A stretch of DNA of 63,956 nt, counting the filler, from Aduncisulcus paluster (Eukaryota): NCBI GenBank assembly GCA_024181965.1. It is 7 parts of 7 records of this genome, joined end to end, with 100 filler letters (N's around TTAATTAATTAA, not from the genome) between each part and the next. Parts side by side here need not be neighbours in the genome. Positions count along the whole stretch, not along the records: positions 1 to 13,647 come from BQXS01011218.1; 6 more parts are not named here. One strand, given 5' to 3'. Position numbers and translations under genes: made by a program. The first letter of the stretch is position 1, and every line of letters starts with the position of its first letter. A model generated the notes under the pieces. The model saw nothing but the letters and a program-made list of their open reading frames with translations, had not been told where the DNA came from and did no database searches. Shown piece after piece: positions 1 through 13,647 of this stretch.

Positions 1-5
1 TCAGT

Positions 6-1214
6 ATGGGTTTTGCCACCAACAGTACAAGTATTGATATTCTTTCTGGCCCCGATTCTTTGGTTATTTCGGATCGGGATAATCATGCATCCATTGCTGT
101 TGGAAGGAAGTTTTCTGGAGCTAGTATTGATACCTTCGTACATAATAGTGCTGAGGATCTTGAGCGTGTCATTCGCCGGAATATTGCAAGAGGAAATATA
201 AACAAAGCGCGTCGTCTTTCCTCCAAAGGTGAGCCAGTTCCATATGTTCCATGGAAGAAAATTTTGATCGTTGTTGAAGGAACTTATTCGATGAGTGGTG
301 AATTTCCTCCCCTCGCCGATATAGTTCGTATTAAGAAAAAATATGGCTGTTATCTGTATGTTGATGAGGCTCATTCTATCGGGGCTCTTGGACACACGGG
401 AAGAGGGATATGTGACAAGCTAGGTATTGATTTTTCTGATGTTGATATTTTGATGGGGACTTTCACGAAATCATTTGGTTCAATCGGTGGATATATTGCA
501 GGTGATTCGAAAACGATTGATAACTTAAGAAAATACTCATTATCTTCCATAATTTCTGAACCATTGTGTTCCACTGCTGCCCAACAGGTCCTTTCTGCTC
601 TCCAAGTCCTCAGATATACAAAGGAAGGTGAAGCAAGGATAATGAGTCTTCATGAAAATGCCATTTATTTCAGGAAGCATCTTAGTGACATGGGATTTGT
701 GACTCTTGGAGAGGATGATTCGCCAGTTATTCCCCTTATGTTATACAACCCAGCGAAAATTGCACCAATGTCTCGACTCCTTCTCGAACGAAATATCGCT
801 GCTGTGGTGGTCGGATTCCCTGCAACTCCCTTGCTCGAGGCAAGAGTAAGGTTCTGTATTAGTGCCGCCCACACCAAACAAGATCTGGATTACATCCTAA
901 CTCATTTGGATGATATTGGAGATATTGTTGGATGTAAATACAGGAAAAAGGAAAAGTTACAAGAGGGTAAAAGAGAGAAAAAAAGTGAAGATGGCAGTTC
1001 GGATCCGCCACTATCTGCGGAATCGGAGTTGACAGATTGTGACGATGATCCCATAATTCGAGACCTATCAGAAGAAGATAAATTGGACGTTGTTTTAAAG
1101 GAAAAACGAAGCGGAGGAGTTCAATCAGAATGTGAAAACGAAGATGGTATTGATTGTGACATGGTCAAGAAAGACAGGGAGATTGAGGGATTTGTTCTTA
1201 ACGTTGGGAAATAA
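6..1214 (+). CDS. LCB2: Serine palmitoyltransferase catalytic subunit LCB2/SPT2 (5'-partial)
   Basis: AOS-family PLP enzyme motifs SDRDNHASI, YVDEAHSIG, PLP-lysine GTFTKSFG and VVVGFPATPL..ARVRFCISAAH; acidic low-complexity tail. Confidence 0.93.
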   Translation: MGFATNSTSIDILSGPDSLVISDRDNHASIAVGRKFSGASIDTFVHNSAEDLERVIRRNIARGNINKARRLSSKGEPVPYVPWKKILIVVEGTYSMSGEFPPLADIVRIKKKYGCYLYVDEAHSIGALGHTGRGICDKLGIDFSDVDILMGTFTKSFGSIGGYIAGDSKTIDNLRKYSLSSIISEPLCSTAAQQVLSALQVLRYTKEGEARIMSLHENAIYFRKHLSDMGFVTLGEDDSPVIPLMLYNPAKIAPMSRLLLERNIAAVVVGFPATPLLEARVRFCISAAHTKQDLDYILTHLDDIGDIVGCKYRKKEKLQEGKREKKSEDGSSDPPLSAESELTDCDDDPIIRDLSEEDKLDVVLKEKRSGGVQSECENEDGIDCDMVKKDREIEGFVLNVGK

Positions 1215-1511
1215 TGCAGAGAGAATATAAAGACAAAATATCTTGCTTATCAGATATAAATAAAATTACTACGTAGACGAAATGACAATTATTCCGATGA
1301 TTGAAAAACCTCCAAGAAGTCCAGTGCCCCTCCATGCAAGAAATCTTCTTCATCGTCATCACATGCAGCTATTGACTCATTGTGAGTGAGAGGGGACCTC
1401 ATTGGAAAGCCTTTGTTGAAAAACCTTAAATTATAATTGGTGTTAATAAACACCTCTTAGGAATTTGGTTATGAATAAATCATATGAAATTAAGTATTAA
1501 TTAAATTAAAC

Positions 1512-1841
1512 TTAAATACCGAAACCGTAAAGGGTACGACCTTGACGCTTGAGAGCGTAAACAACATCGAGGGCAGTCACAGTCTTTCTGTTAGCGTGCT
1601 CAGAGTAGGTGATAGCGTCACGAATAACGTTCTCCAAGAAACCCTTAAGGACACGACGGGTCTCGTCGTAGATGGAAGCAGAGATACGCTTCACACCACC
1701 ACGACGGGCGAGACGACGAATAGCGGGACGACTGATTTGTTGAACAACCTCACGCTCGCTAACTCTTGTGGTTGAGTGGCGCTTAGCACCCTTACCCTTA
1801 CCTTTACCTTTACCAGATCCTTTACCACGACCTCCAGCCAT
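1512..1841 (-). CDS. H4: Histone H4 with divergent N-terminal tail
   Basis: [16 protein letters not shown]...[10 protein letters not shown] histone fold; tail [26 protein letters not shown]. Confidence 0.99.
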   Translation of the reverse strand: MAGGRGKGSGKGKGKGKGAKRHSTTRVSEREVVQQISRPAIRRLARRGGVKRISASIYDETRRVLKGFLENVIRDAITYSEHANRKTVTALDVVYALKRQGRTLYGFGI

Positions 1842-1921
1842 TATTAATACTTACTGCAAGGAAGAAGAAAGAGAAAATGAATATATAAGAAAAAGATCAA
1901 ANNNNNNNNNNNNNNNNNNNN

Positions 1922-2109
1922 CGACGAATAGCGGGACGACTGATTTGTTGAACAACCTCACGCTCGCTAACTCTTGTGGTTGAGTGGCGCTTAGCACCCT
2001 TACCCTTACCTTTACCTTTACCAGATCCTTTACCACGACCTCCAGCCATTATTAATACTTACTGCAAGGAAGAAGAAAGAGAAAATGAATATATAAGAAA
2101 AAGATCAAA
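1922..2109. repeat. Duplicate of 1714-1901 across a 20-N gap (scaffolding overlap artefact)
   Basis: Sequence after the gap 1902-1921 repeats the ~188 nt before it. Confidence 0.9.
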
Positions 2110-2157
2110 TAAAACACTAAATGGTACCAAAAAGACATGTTGTTGCTGAAAACATAC
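2062..2157 (-). other. Putative 5'UTR spliceosomal intron of H4 (96 nt)
   Basis: GTATGT donor at 2157; pyrimidine tract ending TTCCTTGCAG 12 nt before the ATG (acceptor also present at 1854 in the first copy). Confidence 0.75.
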
Positions 2158-2468
2158 TCAACTGATTGACAAAAAACAGTGGATGATAATCGGCCAGCCG
2201 CACCAAATCCAATTTCATTTCTATAAATATATTTCGGATGATTTGAATTTCATAATATTTTTTAAAAGTACTGAAGTAAATTTCTATATTATTCTTAAAT
2301 AAAAATTTATAATATTAACTCAAATTAAATAATTTATTCATTTATTTTGTTAAATTTATCATTTATAGCAATATTAATCTGGATTGTGTCATTTTTAGTT
2401 TCGAGAGACATCTGAGCCGAATTACAAATATTATCGAATAATATTTATTATATTGAAAAAAAATTAGC

Positions 2469-2870
2469 TTATTTCTCACCTTCCTTTTTCACAGGATGAA
2501 GAGGGCCCATTTTGCCACCTCTAATATGCCAGTTCAATGCCTTTTCAATACGTCTAATATCAGCCTCTACAGGTCTAGCTTTACCATTTTCATATTCAGT
2601 GATAACTTGTTTTTTAAGACTACATCTCTTGGCTAAATCATCTTGAGTCCACTTTTTGACAGCTCTTCCCTCAGCCATTCTTTTCCCAAGATCTTTGGTT
2701 ACTCTTTTGATCTCAAAATCATCAGTTTCTTCTATTTTCCTCAAACGAGCAGCTTCAGGATCTCCGTGGGCTTTGTTTCCAGCAGATGCTTTCTTAGTTC
2801 CAACAGGCTTCTTCTTAGACACAACTCCGGGTTTAGTGATTACAGTTTTTTTCCAGTCTTGGTGATCCAT
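2469..2870 (-). CDS. MBF1: Multiprotein bridging factor 1 (HTH)
   Basis: MDHQDWKKTVI N-terminus and TQDDLAKRCSLKKQVITEYENGKARP HTH; real start at ATG 2870. Confidence 0.92.
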   Translation of the reverse strand: MDHQDWKKTVITKPGVVSKKKPVGTKKASAGNKAHGDPEAARLRKIEETDDFEIKRVTKDLGKRMAEGRAVKKWTQDDLAKRCSLKKQVITEYENGKARPVEADIRRIEKALNWHIRGGKMGPLHPVKKEGEK

Positions 2871-3163
2871 AATAAATATTGATGTTTTGAAAATACAAAA
2901 TTTGAGCAAAAGATGTATTTCCACCACAGACATCTAAAATTGATTCTTATTCGATTTTGCTTATTCACATAATATTCCGAGAAAGAAAATCTTTAGACAG
3001 AAATTATTCACGATGAATCATTTCAGAAAGAAACCGTAATGAGATTGAAAAATATAAAAATTACCCAGAAAACTTTCTCGGTGAAAATGTATTTAATATA
3101 ATAAATCCAATTGTTTTCCTGTGCATAGTAATCTGTTTTACTTTGTTTTGTTCAATAGGAGAT

Positions 3164-5476
3164 TCAATATCCCTCTTGTTTCACAACTTTTCGAAAATCA
3201 ACCGACTTGTTTCTGAACTCCCAGCGTCTTGCATCTCTTCTTTTTTTCGCGATAGAATTTCCTTTTGATTTGCATTCTAACACTCTAACAGTCAGAGTTG
3301 ACTTCATTTTACGGCATTGTTTATCGGAAGGCAAAACTTTATCGATTGCGCGGAAAAGGTAATCAATTCTATGGGGACAAAGTGTTTCCTTGAATTCGAA
3401 GGAAGAATGCTTATTAACTCTTGGTCCAAGCCTGAAATAGGATTCGATAGACAAACATAACTCGAGGACAGGAAGAATGATAGCATCATCATCAACGACA
3501 AAAATAGAATTGAGAACGTCTGAAATGATACTATGCCAATGTGCTTTTAGGATTCCTTTTATAATCAGAGGCCTTTCTGATCCAGAGATGCGCGACAAGA
3601 GATAATTCATAAGATGGACAAGCATAATGTTTGACCTGCCAGGAATTGACCTTGAAATACACATGGCGCTCGATAAAATCCCCTTCTCCACCTCGTCGGT
3701 CTCTGGAAGGAGACTGGGTGTATCAGCAGAAAAATGTTGGAGTTTAGAAAGATTGCCGGAAAAGGGTGAGGTCGAGGAAGAGGAAGAGGAAGAGGAAGAT
3801 GACGAACTCGATTTTTCAAAGAATCCGGAAGAGAGTTTGTTGCTGGAACTTGGCGGTTCGAAAGGTGCCATTTTCTTTGTTCGACTTCGAGAAGGAGGAC
3901 CAAATGAGGATTGGCGTTCTTTCAAAGCAGCTTTTCCGGCATACTGAATGACGAGTTCTTCGATTTTGGCCATATTTCCAAGACAACGAGTCAATAAGTT
4001 ATTAACTTGTTCAATATCAAACATTTGGTTGAAGACGTAATACGGGGGAGGGATGTTGGGGGACACACAGGTTCCTTTCTCGTCTTTCCATGACATTATA
4101 ACCTTCTTACGTTTGCTATCAGCCTCTTCTTCGTCCGATTGAAGGATATCCCAACCGACTTGGAGCTCCTCTTTGGCGATATCACCAGAGTCGACTCCTT
4201 TCTCGTCAATTACACGCATGGATGCGAATAAAGAGTCGAGAAGTATCCCAACGTATCCTTGTGAGTGCGAGAGACTCAGTGGGAACATGCTCTGCGATAA
4301 CCGAGCCATCACGACGGGTTGGATATTGCATAGCCGGAAACTAAACAGCCCAGGCGGGAATAGATATGAAAAATTCTTTGTAAAGAGATAAACCGAGATA
4401 AAAGCCATTGGGGATCTATCGGCAATACCAAGAACATAGGCTAGGACTTGTGGGACACGCATTCTGATGAGACGCTGATTGAAGCGATAGAAGGCTTTTG
4501 TTGAGAAGATCATCCTTGAGATAAGTAAGAACGAGGCACATTGGATACGTGCCGAATATGGGAACTCCTTGGCAAGGTCAACACAATGTGAGAGAAGCTC
4601 AGTTTCATCATATATGGAACAGTGCAAGAATGTTGAGAGAGAGAGCAAGACAATACCAGAAGCTATCAATCGCTCACTTGCTTTGGCTTTGACAACATAT
4701 GGATGAACACGGGAAAGGAGAATGGAGGAGGCATGGAGCTGTGAAATAACATCAGAGGAATCAATGATCGACGGATCGGTGGATTCATCAGTTAGTAGAG
4801 TCTGTCTTTGCGCCTGTTCGTGTTTGTTAAGTTCTTTTCCTTGAGAAATGAATTGTTTCCCAAGATGATAGAGCTCAGTTACATTCCAGTCACCCATGAC
4901 ATCTTCAACATATTTAAGGGTGAAAACAAAATCAAGAGCATAGGTAACCTTCTCAATGACACGTGGATGGAGGTCACTACGATGTAAACAGGACATACAA
5001 GCACCAACCCCACCAGCACGAATGGAAGGCTCGCGCTTCCAGGTTTCCTTGCTGGGAATCTTGATACGATTATTTCTTCTATTATATTCTTTGGCTGCAG
5101 CATATATAACAGCGTTGGAGGATGATTTATGAGCAATGAGTCTGAATAATTGAGTAAGTGTGAGTTTGGATGGGTTGGAAAATAAAAGGAGGGGTCGATT
5201 TGACAATCTGCGCGCAAATAACATGGTGGGGACATTTTCAAGTGAATAATGAATTTGCTTATCACAAAATGGACAACAAGGGGGATTATGAGTATATTGT
5301 GAGAGAATAAATACTTTAGCCAAACAATCAGAACATAACAAATGTCCACAATCAAGTATACGATCTGGAATATTCATGACTGGATTGATATGTTTAATAA
5401 ATGCTCGGCTACTATCACAACATAGGAGCTGGCAGCAAGGTGCCATATGAGGATCAAAAGTGGCGCTATGTCTCAT
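3164..5476 (-). CDS. RING-finger (C3HC4-like) protein with a helical C-terminal region
   Basis: LDCGHLLCSDC...CPFC motif near the N-terminus; 770-aa ORF. Confidence 0.7.
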   Translation of the reverse strand: MRHSATFDPHMAPCCQLLCCDSSRAFIKHINPVMNIPDRILDCGHLLCSDCLAKVFILSQYTHNPPCCPFCDKQIHYSLENVPTMLFARRLSNRPLLLFSNPSKLTLTQLFRLIAHKSSSNAVIYAAAKEYNRRNNRIKIPSKETWKREPSIRAGGVGACMSCLHRSDLHPRVIEKVTYALDFVFTLKYVEDVMGDWNVTELYHLGKQFISQGKELNKHEQAQRQTLLTDESTDPSIIDSSDVISQLHASSILLSRVHPYVVKAKASERLIASGIVLLSLSTFLHCSIYDETELLSHCVDLAKEFPYSARIQCASFLLISRMIFSTKAFYRFNQRLIRMRVPQVLAYVLGIADRSPMAFISVYLFTKNFSYLFPPGLFSFRLCNIQPVVMARLSQSMFPLSLSHSQGYVGILLDSLFASMRVIDEKGVDSGDIAKEELQVGWDILQSDEEEADSKRKKVIMSWKDEKGTCVSPNIPPPYYVFNQMFDIEQVNNLLTRCLGNMAKIEELVIQYAGKAALKERQSSFGPPSRSRTKKMAPFEPPSSSNKLSSGFFEKSSSSSSSSSSSSSTSPFSGNLSKLQHFSADTPSLLPETDEVEKGILSSAMCISRSIPGRSNIMLVHLMNYLLSRISGSERPLIIKGILKAHWHSIISDVLNSIFVVDDDAIILPVLELCLSIESYFRLGPRVNKHSSFEFKETLCPHRIDYLFRAIDKVLPSDKQCRKMKSTLTVRVLECKSKGNSIAKKRRDARRWEFRNKSVDFRKVVKQEGY

Positions 5477-5482
5477 ATTTAT

Positions 5483-5610
5483 CTATATAAGGACAGAAAA
5501 GTACATTATTTTGCCAGTGATAAAAGTAAAAGGTCGTTAACGATTCATTAATCAAAACGAGGATAAACAATAATTTTAAACTGGGTTGCTATGATCAAAG
5601 TAAAACATAC
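5483..5610 (-). other. Putative 5'UTR intron of the RING gene (128 nt)
   Basis: GTATGT donor at 5610; TTTTCTGTCCTTATATAG acceptor 6 nt before ATG 5476. Confidence 0.7.
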
Positions 5611-5959
5611 GTTGCTATTTAATAAAGAAATTGATGAAAATATATTTGAGGTCTTTCTAGATACCGCCCAAAATCCATGTCGAGACATTGATCCATGTAA
5701 CAATTCTATTTGCATTTTCATCGCGATGAAAAAAATGCTAAATTGAGGAATGGACAATGAAATATTATTTATTATGTCACAATTCGATCTGTATCGTTCA
5801 TGTTGATTTGGGCTCGACTACTCGAAGTAGTCCAATCACATAGTTTATTTAAGTATGCTTGGTTGATAAAAACATCGAAGAGAGTAATAAAAAGCGTAAA
5901 GACTTCATAAATACCCACAGATGATTCCGACACTTACAAAATTAAATTAAGAAAATTAC

Positions 5960-7378
5960 TCACTTCTTCTCGGCCTTGCGGCTTTCCTTTTGGGTAGGAG
6001 TATCTTTCATAGCACGGACTTTCTCAAATCCCTTTCTGGGCTTGGTTCTGACGAAGTCAATGTGCTCCATACCACCCATGTACTTTCTAAGAGGTTCAGG
6101 GACAACAATACCAGTCTCATCCTGGTAGTTCTCAACAATACAGCACATAGTACGCTCAGTGGCAGTCAAAGTGGCGTTCAAAAGGTGGACAAAGTCACCC
6201 TTGCTCTCAGTGTCCTTCTTTCCTTTCTTGGTCTTGGAAGGCTTTCCAAACTTGATTCCAAGACGTCTGCTCTGGTAGTCAAGACAGTTGGAACAGGAAA
6301 CAAGCTCTCTGAAACACTTGGAAGCAGGGAAGTAAGCTTCCAAATCGAGCTTCTTGGCAGCAGCATTGTTGAGCTCCTTAGAAACAATGGAAACAACACG
6401 GTAAGGGAGCTTAAGGGTATCATAGAACTCCTGAGCGTTGGCGATCATCATGTCAAAGGCCTCCCAACTCTTACCTTCTTCAGGGCTGGTGATAACAAAC
6501 TGCTCAACTTTCTCAAATTGATGGATTCTGAAGATACCAAGAGTATCAGCACCATGTCTTCCGGCTTCTTTCCTGAAACAAGTGGAGACACCAGCATATT
6601 TGATAGGTTCGGCGAGATCCTCAGCAGTAAACCACTCGTCCATGTGGAGAGCACACAAAGGCTGTTCAGAAGTAGCAATAAGGAATTTGTCTTCTCCCTC
6701 ACCACTGACCTTGTAAAGTTCCTCTCTGAACTGCTCGAGCTGGGCACATTTGGCCATGACAGAATCCTCCATAAAGAAAGGGGTAGACATAGGGCAGAAT
6801 CCCTTAGATTGAAGGAAATCCATGGCATAAAGCATGAGAGCTTGGTTAAGACGAACACCCCAGCTCTTCAAGAAGTATCCACGGTTTCCGGCAACCTTGA
6901 CCCCACGAAGGGTATCAAATCCATCAGCCATATCAAAGAGTTCGACGTGGTTGTGAGAACGAGTGGCAGAGTATTCTTCAAGTTGCTCAGGAGTGTGAGT
7001 AACCTTTTCTACACCATTTTCATCCTCATCAGCAGAAACAATAACACTATCATGAAGAAGGTTTCCGATTTTGACAAGGGCTATATCACGTTCTTTTAAA
7101 AGAGCTTCAGCTTCAGCAGTTTTCTCTTCAATAGTGGTTTTTAGTTCGTCTAAGGCAACGGTCAAATCATCAGTGGGCTCACCCTTTCTACGACGCATTC
7201 CAAACTCTTTGCTCAGCTTATTCTTTTCTTTACGGCATTGTTGGGAAGCGTAATCGGTCTTAATCCAACGCTCATCCAAGTTGAGAACAAGATCAACGAG
7301 TCCAACATCAGCGAATCTTCTTCTTTGAGATTCACGGACAAGATCAGGATTAGTGCGTAAAACTTCAATATCAATCAT
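5960..7378 (-). CDS. SARS: Cytosolic seryl-tRNA synthetase
   Basis: Class II motifs LIATSEQPL, FRKEAG..GIFRIHQFEKVEQF, ELVSCSNCLDYQSRRL, ATERTMCCIVENYQ. Confidence 0.98.
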   Translation of the reverse strand: MIDIEVLRTNPDLVRESQRRRFADVGLVDLVLNLDERWIKTDYASQQCRKEKNKLSKEFGMRRRKGEPTDDLTVALDELKTTIEEKTAEAEALLKERDIALVKIGNLLHDSVIVSADEDENGVEKVTHTPEQLEEYSATRSHNHVELFDMADGFDTLRGVKVAGNRGYFLKSWGVRLNQALMLYAMDFLQSKGFCPMSTPFFMEDSVMAKCAQLEQFREELYKVSGEGEDKFLIATSEQPLCALHMDEWFTAEDLAEPIKYAGVSTCFRKEAGRHGADTLGIFRIHQFEKVEQFVITSPEEGKSWEAFDMMIANAQEFYDTLKLPYRVVSIVSKELNNAAAKKLDLEAYFPASKCFRELVSCSNCLDYQSRRLGIKFGKPSKTKKGKKDTESKGDFVHLLNATLTATERTMCCIVENYQDETGIVVPEPLRKYMGGMEHIDFVRTKPRKGFEKVRAMKDTPTQKESRKAEKK

Positions 7379-7539
7379 TCTTTGTGCTTTCTTAAGTGCT
7401 CTAAGATCGAGTCAGCAAGAAAATTGAATAGACCGTGATTGATTGTTCCCAAAATTAGAAATGCCTCAAAGGATTTAAGGTCGAGAAATAAATTTAATAA
7501 TTAAGAATTATATCATCAAATGCCTTTATTTACTCACTT

Positions 7540-8207
7540 TTACTCTTCAATGTGGGTCTTGTTGGAAGTGTAGATACCATCAAGGAACATACGCTTATCC
7601 TTACCCTTGACACGGAGAATTTGAGTGATACGAGAAGCTATAAACATATTATTAAGATTGAATTAAACAAAGAAAGAAATAAGTATTACTACAGATAAAA
7701 AGAAAAGAAAAAAACTAAAATACACTAAAATAAAGAATACATACCACAGAGAGAGACATCTTTAACATCATTTCCCTCAAGAATAACTTGATCCTTAACC
7801 TCAGTTCCCTCAGAAACCTTAACACCGGGGATCATCTTGATTGGGTAAACCTCTTTACCACCAATGAAGTTACGGATCTCAATCATACGACCTTCCTGTT
7901 TGATAGCGAAAATGATGGGGAAATGGTTGTAAACAAGACGCATTTCATAACGGAATCCCTTGGTGACACCGGTGAACATGTTCTTGATGTGCTTGCAGAT
8001 AGTACGGATGATAGAGTTCTCAAGACTACGGCCAAACCATTTGCTTACAACAATCTTACTTCCTTTCTTCTCGATTCCGACACGAGAGTGAGTGAAATCT
8101 TGGCGGAGAGTACCACGTGGTCCCGTAACGCTAATCTTACGCTTGCCGAGTTCGACGGTAACGTTCTTGGGGATATCGATGGTTTCGGATTTAATAAAAG
8201 AAGGCAT
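7540..8207 (-). CDS. RPL9: 60S ribosomal protein L9 (uL6), two exons: 8207-7745 and 7637-7540
   Basis: GVTKGFRYEMRLVYNHFPI; a 107-nt GTATGT...TTTATAG intron (7638-7744) restores the C-terminus ASRITQILRVKGKDKRMFLDGIYTSNKTHIEE*. Confidence 0.96.
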
Positions 8208-8709
8208 TCGATCCACACAGTTCCACAATCCAAGCATAGCGAATCACGATAGATATCAAATACTCAGACTATCTATTTTTAGGTTTGGATTATTTTACAT
8301 AATAATAAAATGAAATATAATATATTTATAGAAATAATAGATATATAATCATATTTTGAATGTAAATTGGTTTCAGAGATGCGTAGTTTGAAAGATAATT
8401 TCTTAGAAATTAGATCTATTTCTATAGATTTTATGGGGCAACATTGGAATGAACTTTCATTATTTTTTCATTTTCACGATTTTTTTTGGTTTGATTTGTG
8501 TTAATTAGTTGATAATAGTTTGATTTTCACTGTTGTTTCATAATTGATTTCGATCTGTATTTTTTCCATTCATTCACTGGCCAAATGAGAATTATTTCTT
8601 CGAAATAAACAATGTAAAAAATCATTTGTAGTTTTTCAGTAATAATACAGTCAATATATAGAGAATAGATGATTTATTATTGAATAGTTAAACAATGATG
8701 GTGATCAGA

Positions 8710-11214
<2,505 letters not shown>

Positions 11215-11770
11215 TCATTTTAATCTTATTCTTAAAAATAAAAAATAAATTAATAAACCGGATTTCTCAAAGTATTTCGACATCATCCTTGAAATAGGAA
11301 AAAAAATTGTCAAAGGAGTTCCTTGAAATGAGTGGCTCTGGAGTGAAAAAGAAGAGGAACCGAGAGGGCTCCATGTACCAAAACATTTGAAACAATGAAT
11401 AACTTCCAGTAATTTGTAAATTTATTGATGTAATCGAAACGGCGAGAAACTAAAAAAGAACCTCCTCATTTTTTGAGGTTGAAATAACTTTCCTGGTTTC
11501 AAGTGGATGTATTACATGTTTTTAACATTAAAATGCTGAGGATATATCAGAAGAGGTACACATACCTTCTATTCCAGTATATTTTACAAGTATGAAATGG
11601 CGGTATAACACATTTCAATTTGTTCTCCTCAGTAAAAATTATTGTTGATCTATCCCAAGAAAGGATGTTATATGTTATTCTGGACTTATACATATCATAT
11701 GATATAGAATCTCTTCAAAATCCATAATATTCTACTTATCCGCAAAATCACACGTTCAATGAAAGATTTA

Positions 11771-11814
11771 TACTATACTGTACTATACTGTACTATACTA
11801 TACTATACTATACT
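11771..11814. repeat. Pentanucleotide microsatellite (TACTA/TACTG)n
   Basis: tactatactgtactatactgtactatactatactatactatact. Confidence 0.9.
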
Positions 11815-12147
11815 CATTGGACTGATATATATTGGAATAAGGCAGAACATACAAATAATATGTCATGATAATTGTTATATGTTGAGTGATAATTCCTCGA
11901 GTAATGTTAAGTTAGAGAAACTTGCTAAGTTCAAAGTAAGAAAGAGAGGAACGTGGAAAGATAAAAATAGGTATTGAGAAATAAAGAGGAGAGATAATAT
12001 GTACATATGAAACAGTTAGAGTATATAACATGATTTAAAGAAACAGAACATGATAACGACGCGCTAAGAATACTTTATAAAACATTAAGAATAGATTGTT
12101 TTGAGAAAGAAAGCGATATAAATACATAATATTTTTGAGTATACTGC

Positions 12148-13467
12148 TTATAGACAACACCCAAATACGTCTACGACTCTTTCAACCTCATCCTCTGTAT
12201 CTTCTTCTTCTTGATCTAAAAATAGATTCTTTTTCGCGAGAAACTTGGTTCTCTCCTCATGTTCTCGCTTTTCTCTTGTCTGCTTTGCGAGTTCAGCCTT
12301 CAATTCTCTTTCCTCTGACTTCCCGGGTAAGATATCTAGAGGGTCTATTTTCACATGTTCCATAACATCGCCCAACTCCTGGGAGAGATCTGCCACACTG
12401 CAATGGGAGGCTTCTGCAAGAGCCATGGTGCTGTGTTGGTGATCGTTGCCAGGGTCAGAAGTGCCCTCGGAATCTGAAGAAGGCTTTTTGAGGAAGGAAG
12501 CATAGACTGGACATAAAGACAGATCGTAGCGGTTTCTATCACTAAATATTCGAGGGTTTGGGATCTGCCAATCAAAGGGATCGTCAAGAATGACACCTTG
12601 AGCCTCACTTTCTGAAATAATTACCTCACGAATAAACCCATGATATGGTATGCTTGAATAGTCCAGAGATAGCAGATAAGCCATGATAATTCGGTAGCAC
12701 TGTGGAAGACCGGCACAGAGAAGCTCTGGACGATGATATTTGGTTTTAATTGCCTGAATATCAGCCCTGGCGCCACTATGACTCCAAGGAAGACTACCAG
12801 TCAAAAATTCAATCAACATGTAAAACCAACTCCACAAATCATCAACCATACCTAAATCGGTAAAACGATGGGCAGAGAGAGAGGCATATCTTGCAGTACC
12901 TCGAAAACCAGCGTGGGATCGAGGAGCACGAATATCACCAGTTTCATTGATAATTCTTCTGGCCATACCACAATCAATAAGCAATACTTGATGAGAGTCT
13001 TTTCTATCAATACAAAAATTGGCTGGTTTAATGTCTCGATGGATAAATCCTGCCAGATGCATGGATTGTAAAAGATCGAGCAGGGCAATCCCGAGGGAAA
13101 GAGTTGTTTGAATAGAAAAACGTCGTTGAGGTTGGGAATTCTTTAGTTTTAAAATATCATTTCCAAGTAATGTAGTTACAAAATAATTACACTTTGAAGT
13201 TCGACCGATATCAATAAGTGGAGGAACAGCCCTACACCGAAGAGTCTGTAATTGGTACATACTAATAACTTCTGTTGTCAAAAAAGATTGTTTTAAGCCA
13301 TGAGGTTCACATTTTACGGCATATTTCTCTCGAGAAGAGACATGATGGCAAACAAATACTTGCCCGAAGGCACCCCATCCAATTAAGTCCTCGATCTTCC
13401 ATTTTTTCTCTAATACAGATCCTTTTCGTAATAATGGAGCAACTTCTTTTTTTGGTTTTGTGGTCAT
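12148..13467 (-). CDS. Casein kinase 1 group (TTBK-like) protein kinase
   Basis: IGWGAFGQV, HRDIKPANF, DCGMAR, FRGTARYAS, DDLWSWFYMLIE; C-terminal FGCCL. Confidence 0.92.
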   Translation of the reverse strand: MTTKPKKEVAPLLRKGSVLEKKWKIEDLIGWGAFGQVFVCHHVSSREKYAVKCEPHGLKQSFLTTEVISMYQLQTLRCRAVPPLIDIGRTSKCNYFVTTLLGNDILKLKNSQPQRRFSIQTTLSLGIALLDLLQSMHLAGFIHRDIKPANFCIDRKDSHQVLLIDCGMARRIINETGDIRAPRSHAGFRGTARYASLSAHRFTDLGMVDDLWSWFYMLIEFLTGSLPWSHSGARADIQAIKTKYHRPELLCAGLPQCYRIIMAYLLSLDYSSIPYHGFIREVIISESEAQGVILDDPFDWQIPNPRIFSDRNRYDLSLCPVYASFLKKPSSDSEGTSDPGNDHQHSTMALAEASHCSVADLSQELGDVMEHVKIDPLDILPGKSEERELKAELAKQTREKREHEERTKFLAKKNLFLDQEEEDTEDEVERVVDVFGCCL

Positions 13468-13647
13468 TCAATCAAAACGGAAGAGGTGAGTCAAAGAAGT
13501 CGAAAATTCAAATAAATAGTATCATCTTGGATGAATTTGATATTTTGAAAAAGATTTACTTAAGTTTTAAATGATTTCAAAACAAATAATATACAAATGT
13601 GGCTCAGAGAGTGTGAATATTGAAACTCCGACAAGACAAGAGAAATT

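Noticed and set aside
1714-2109. Apparent tandem duplications around 20-N gaps (also 17815-17834, 39887-39906, 61075-61094)
   Set aside because: The same pattern at all four gaps indicates unmerged contig overlaps. The one mismatch seen (CAA vs CGA near 17752/18032) may be allelic. This is not a second H4 gene.
5990-7099. Long antisense ORFs opposite SerRS, RPL9, CDC48 and ARF
   Set aside because: Shadow ORFs caused by the codon bias of highly expressed genes; no recognisable motifs
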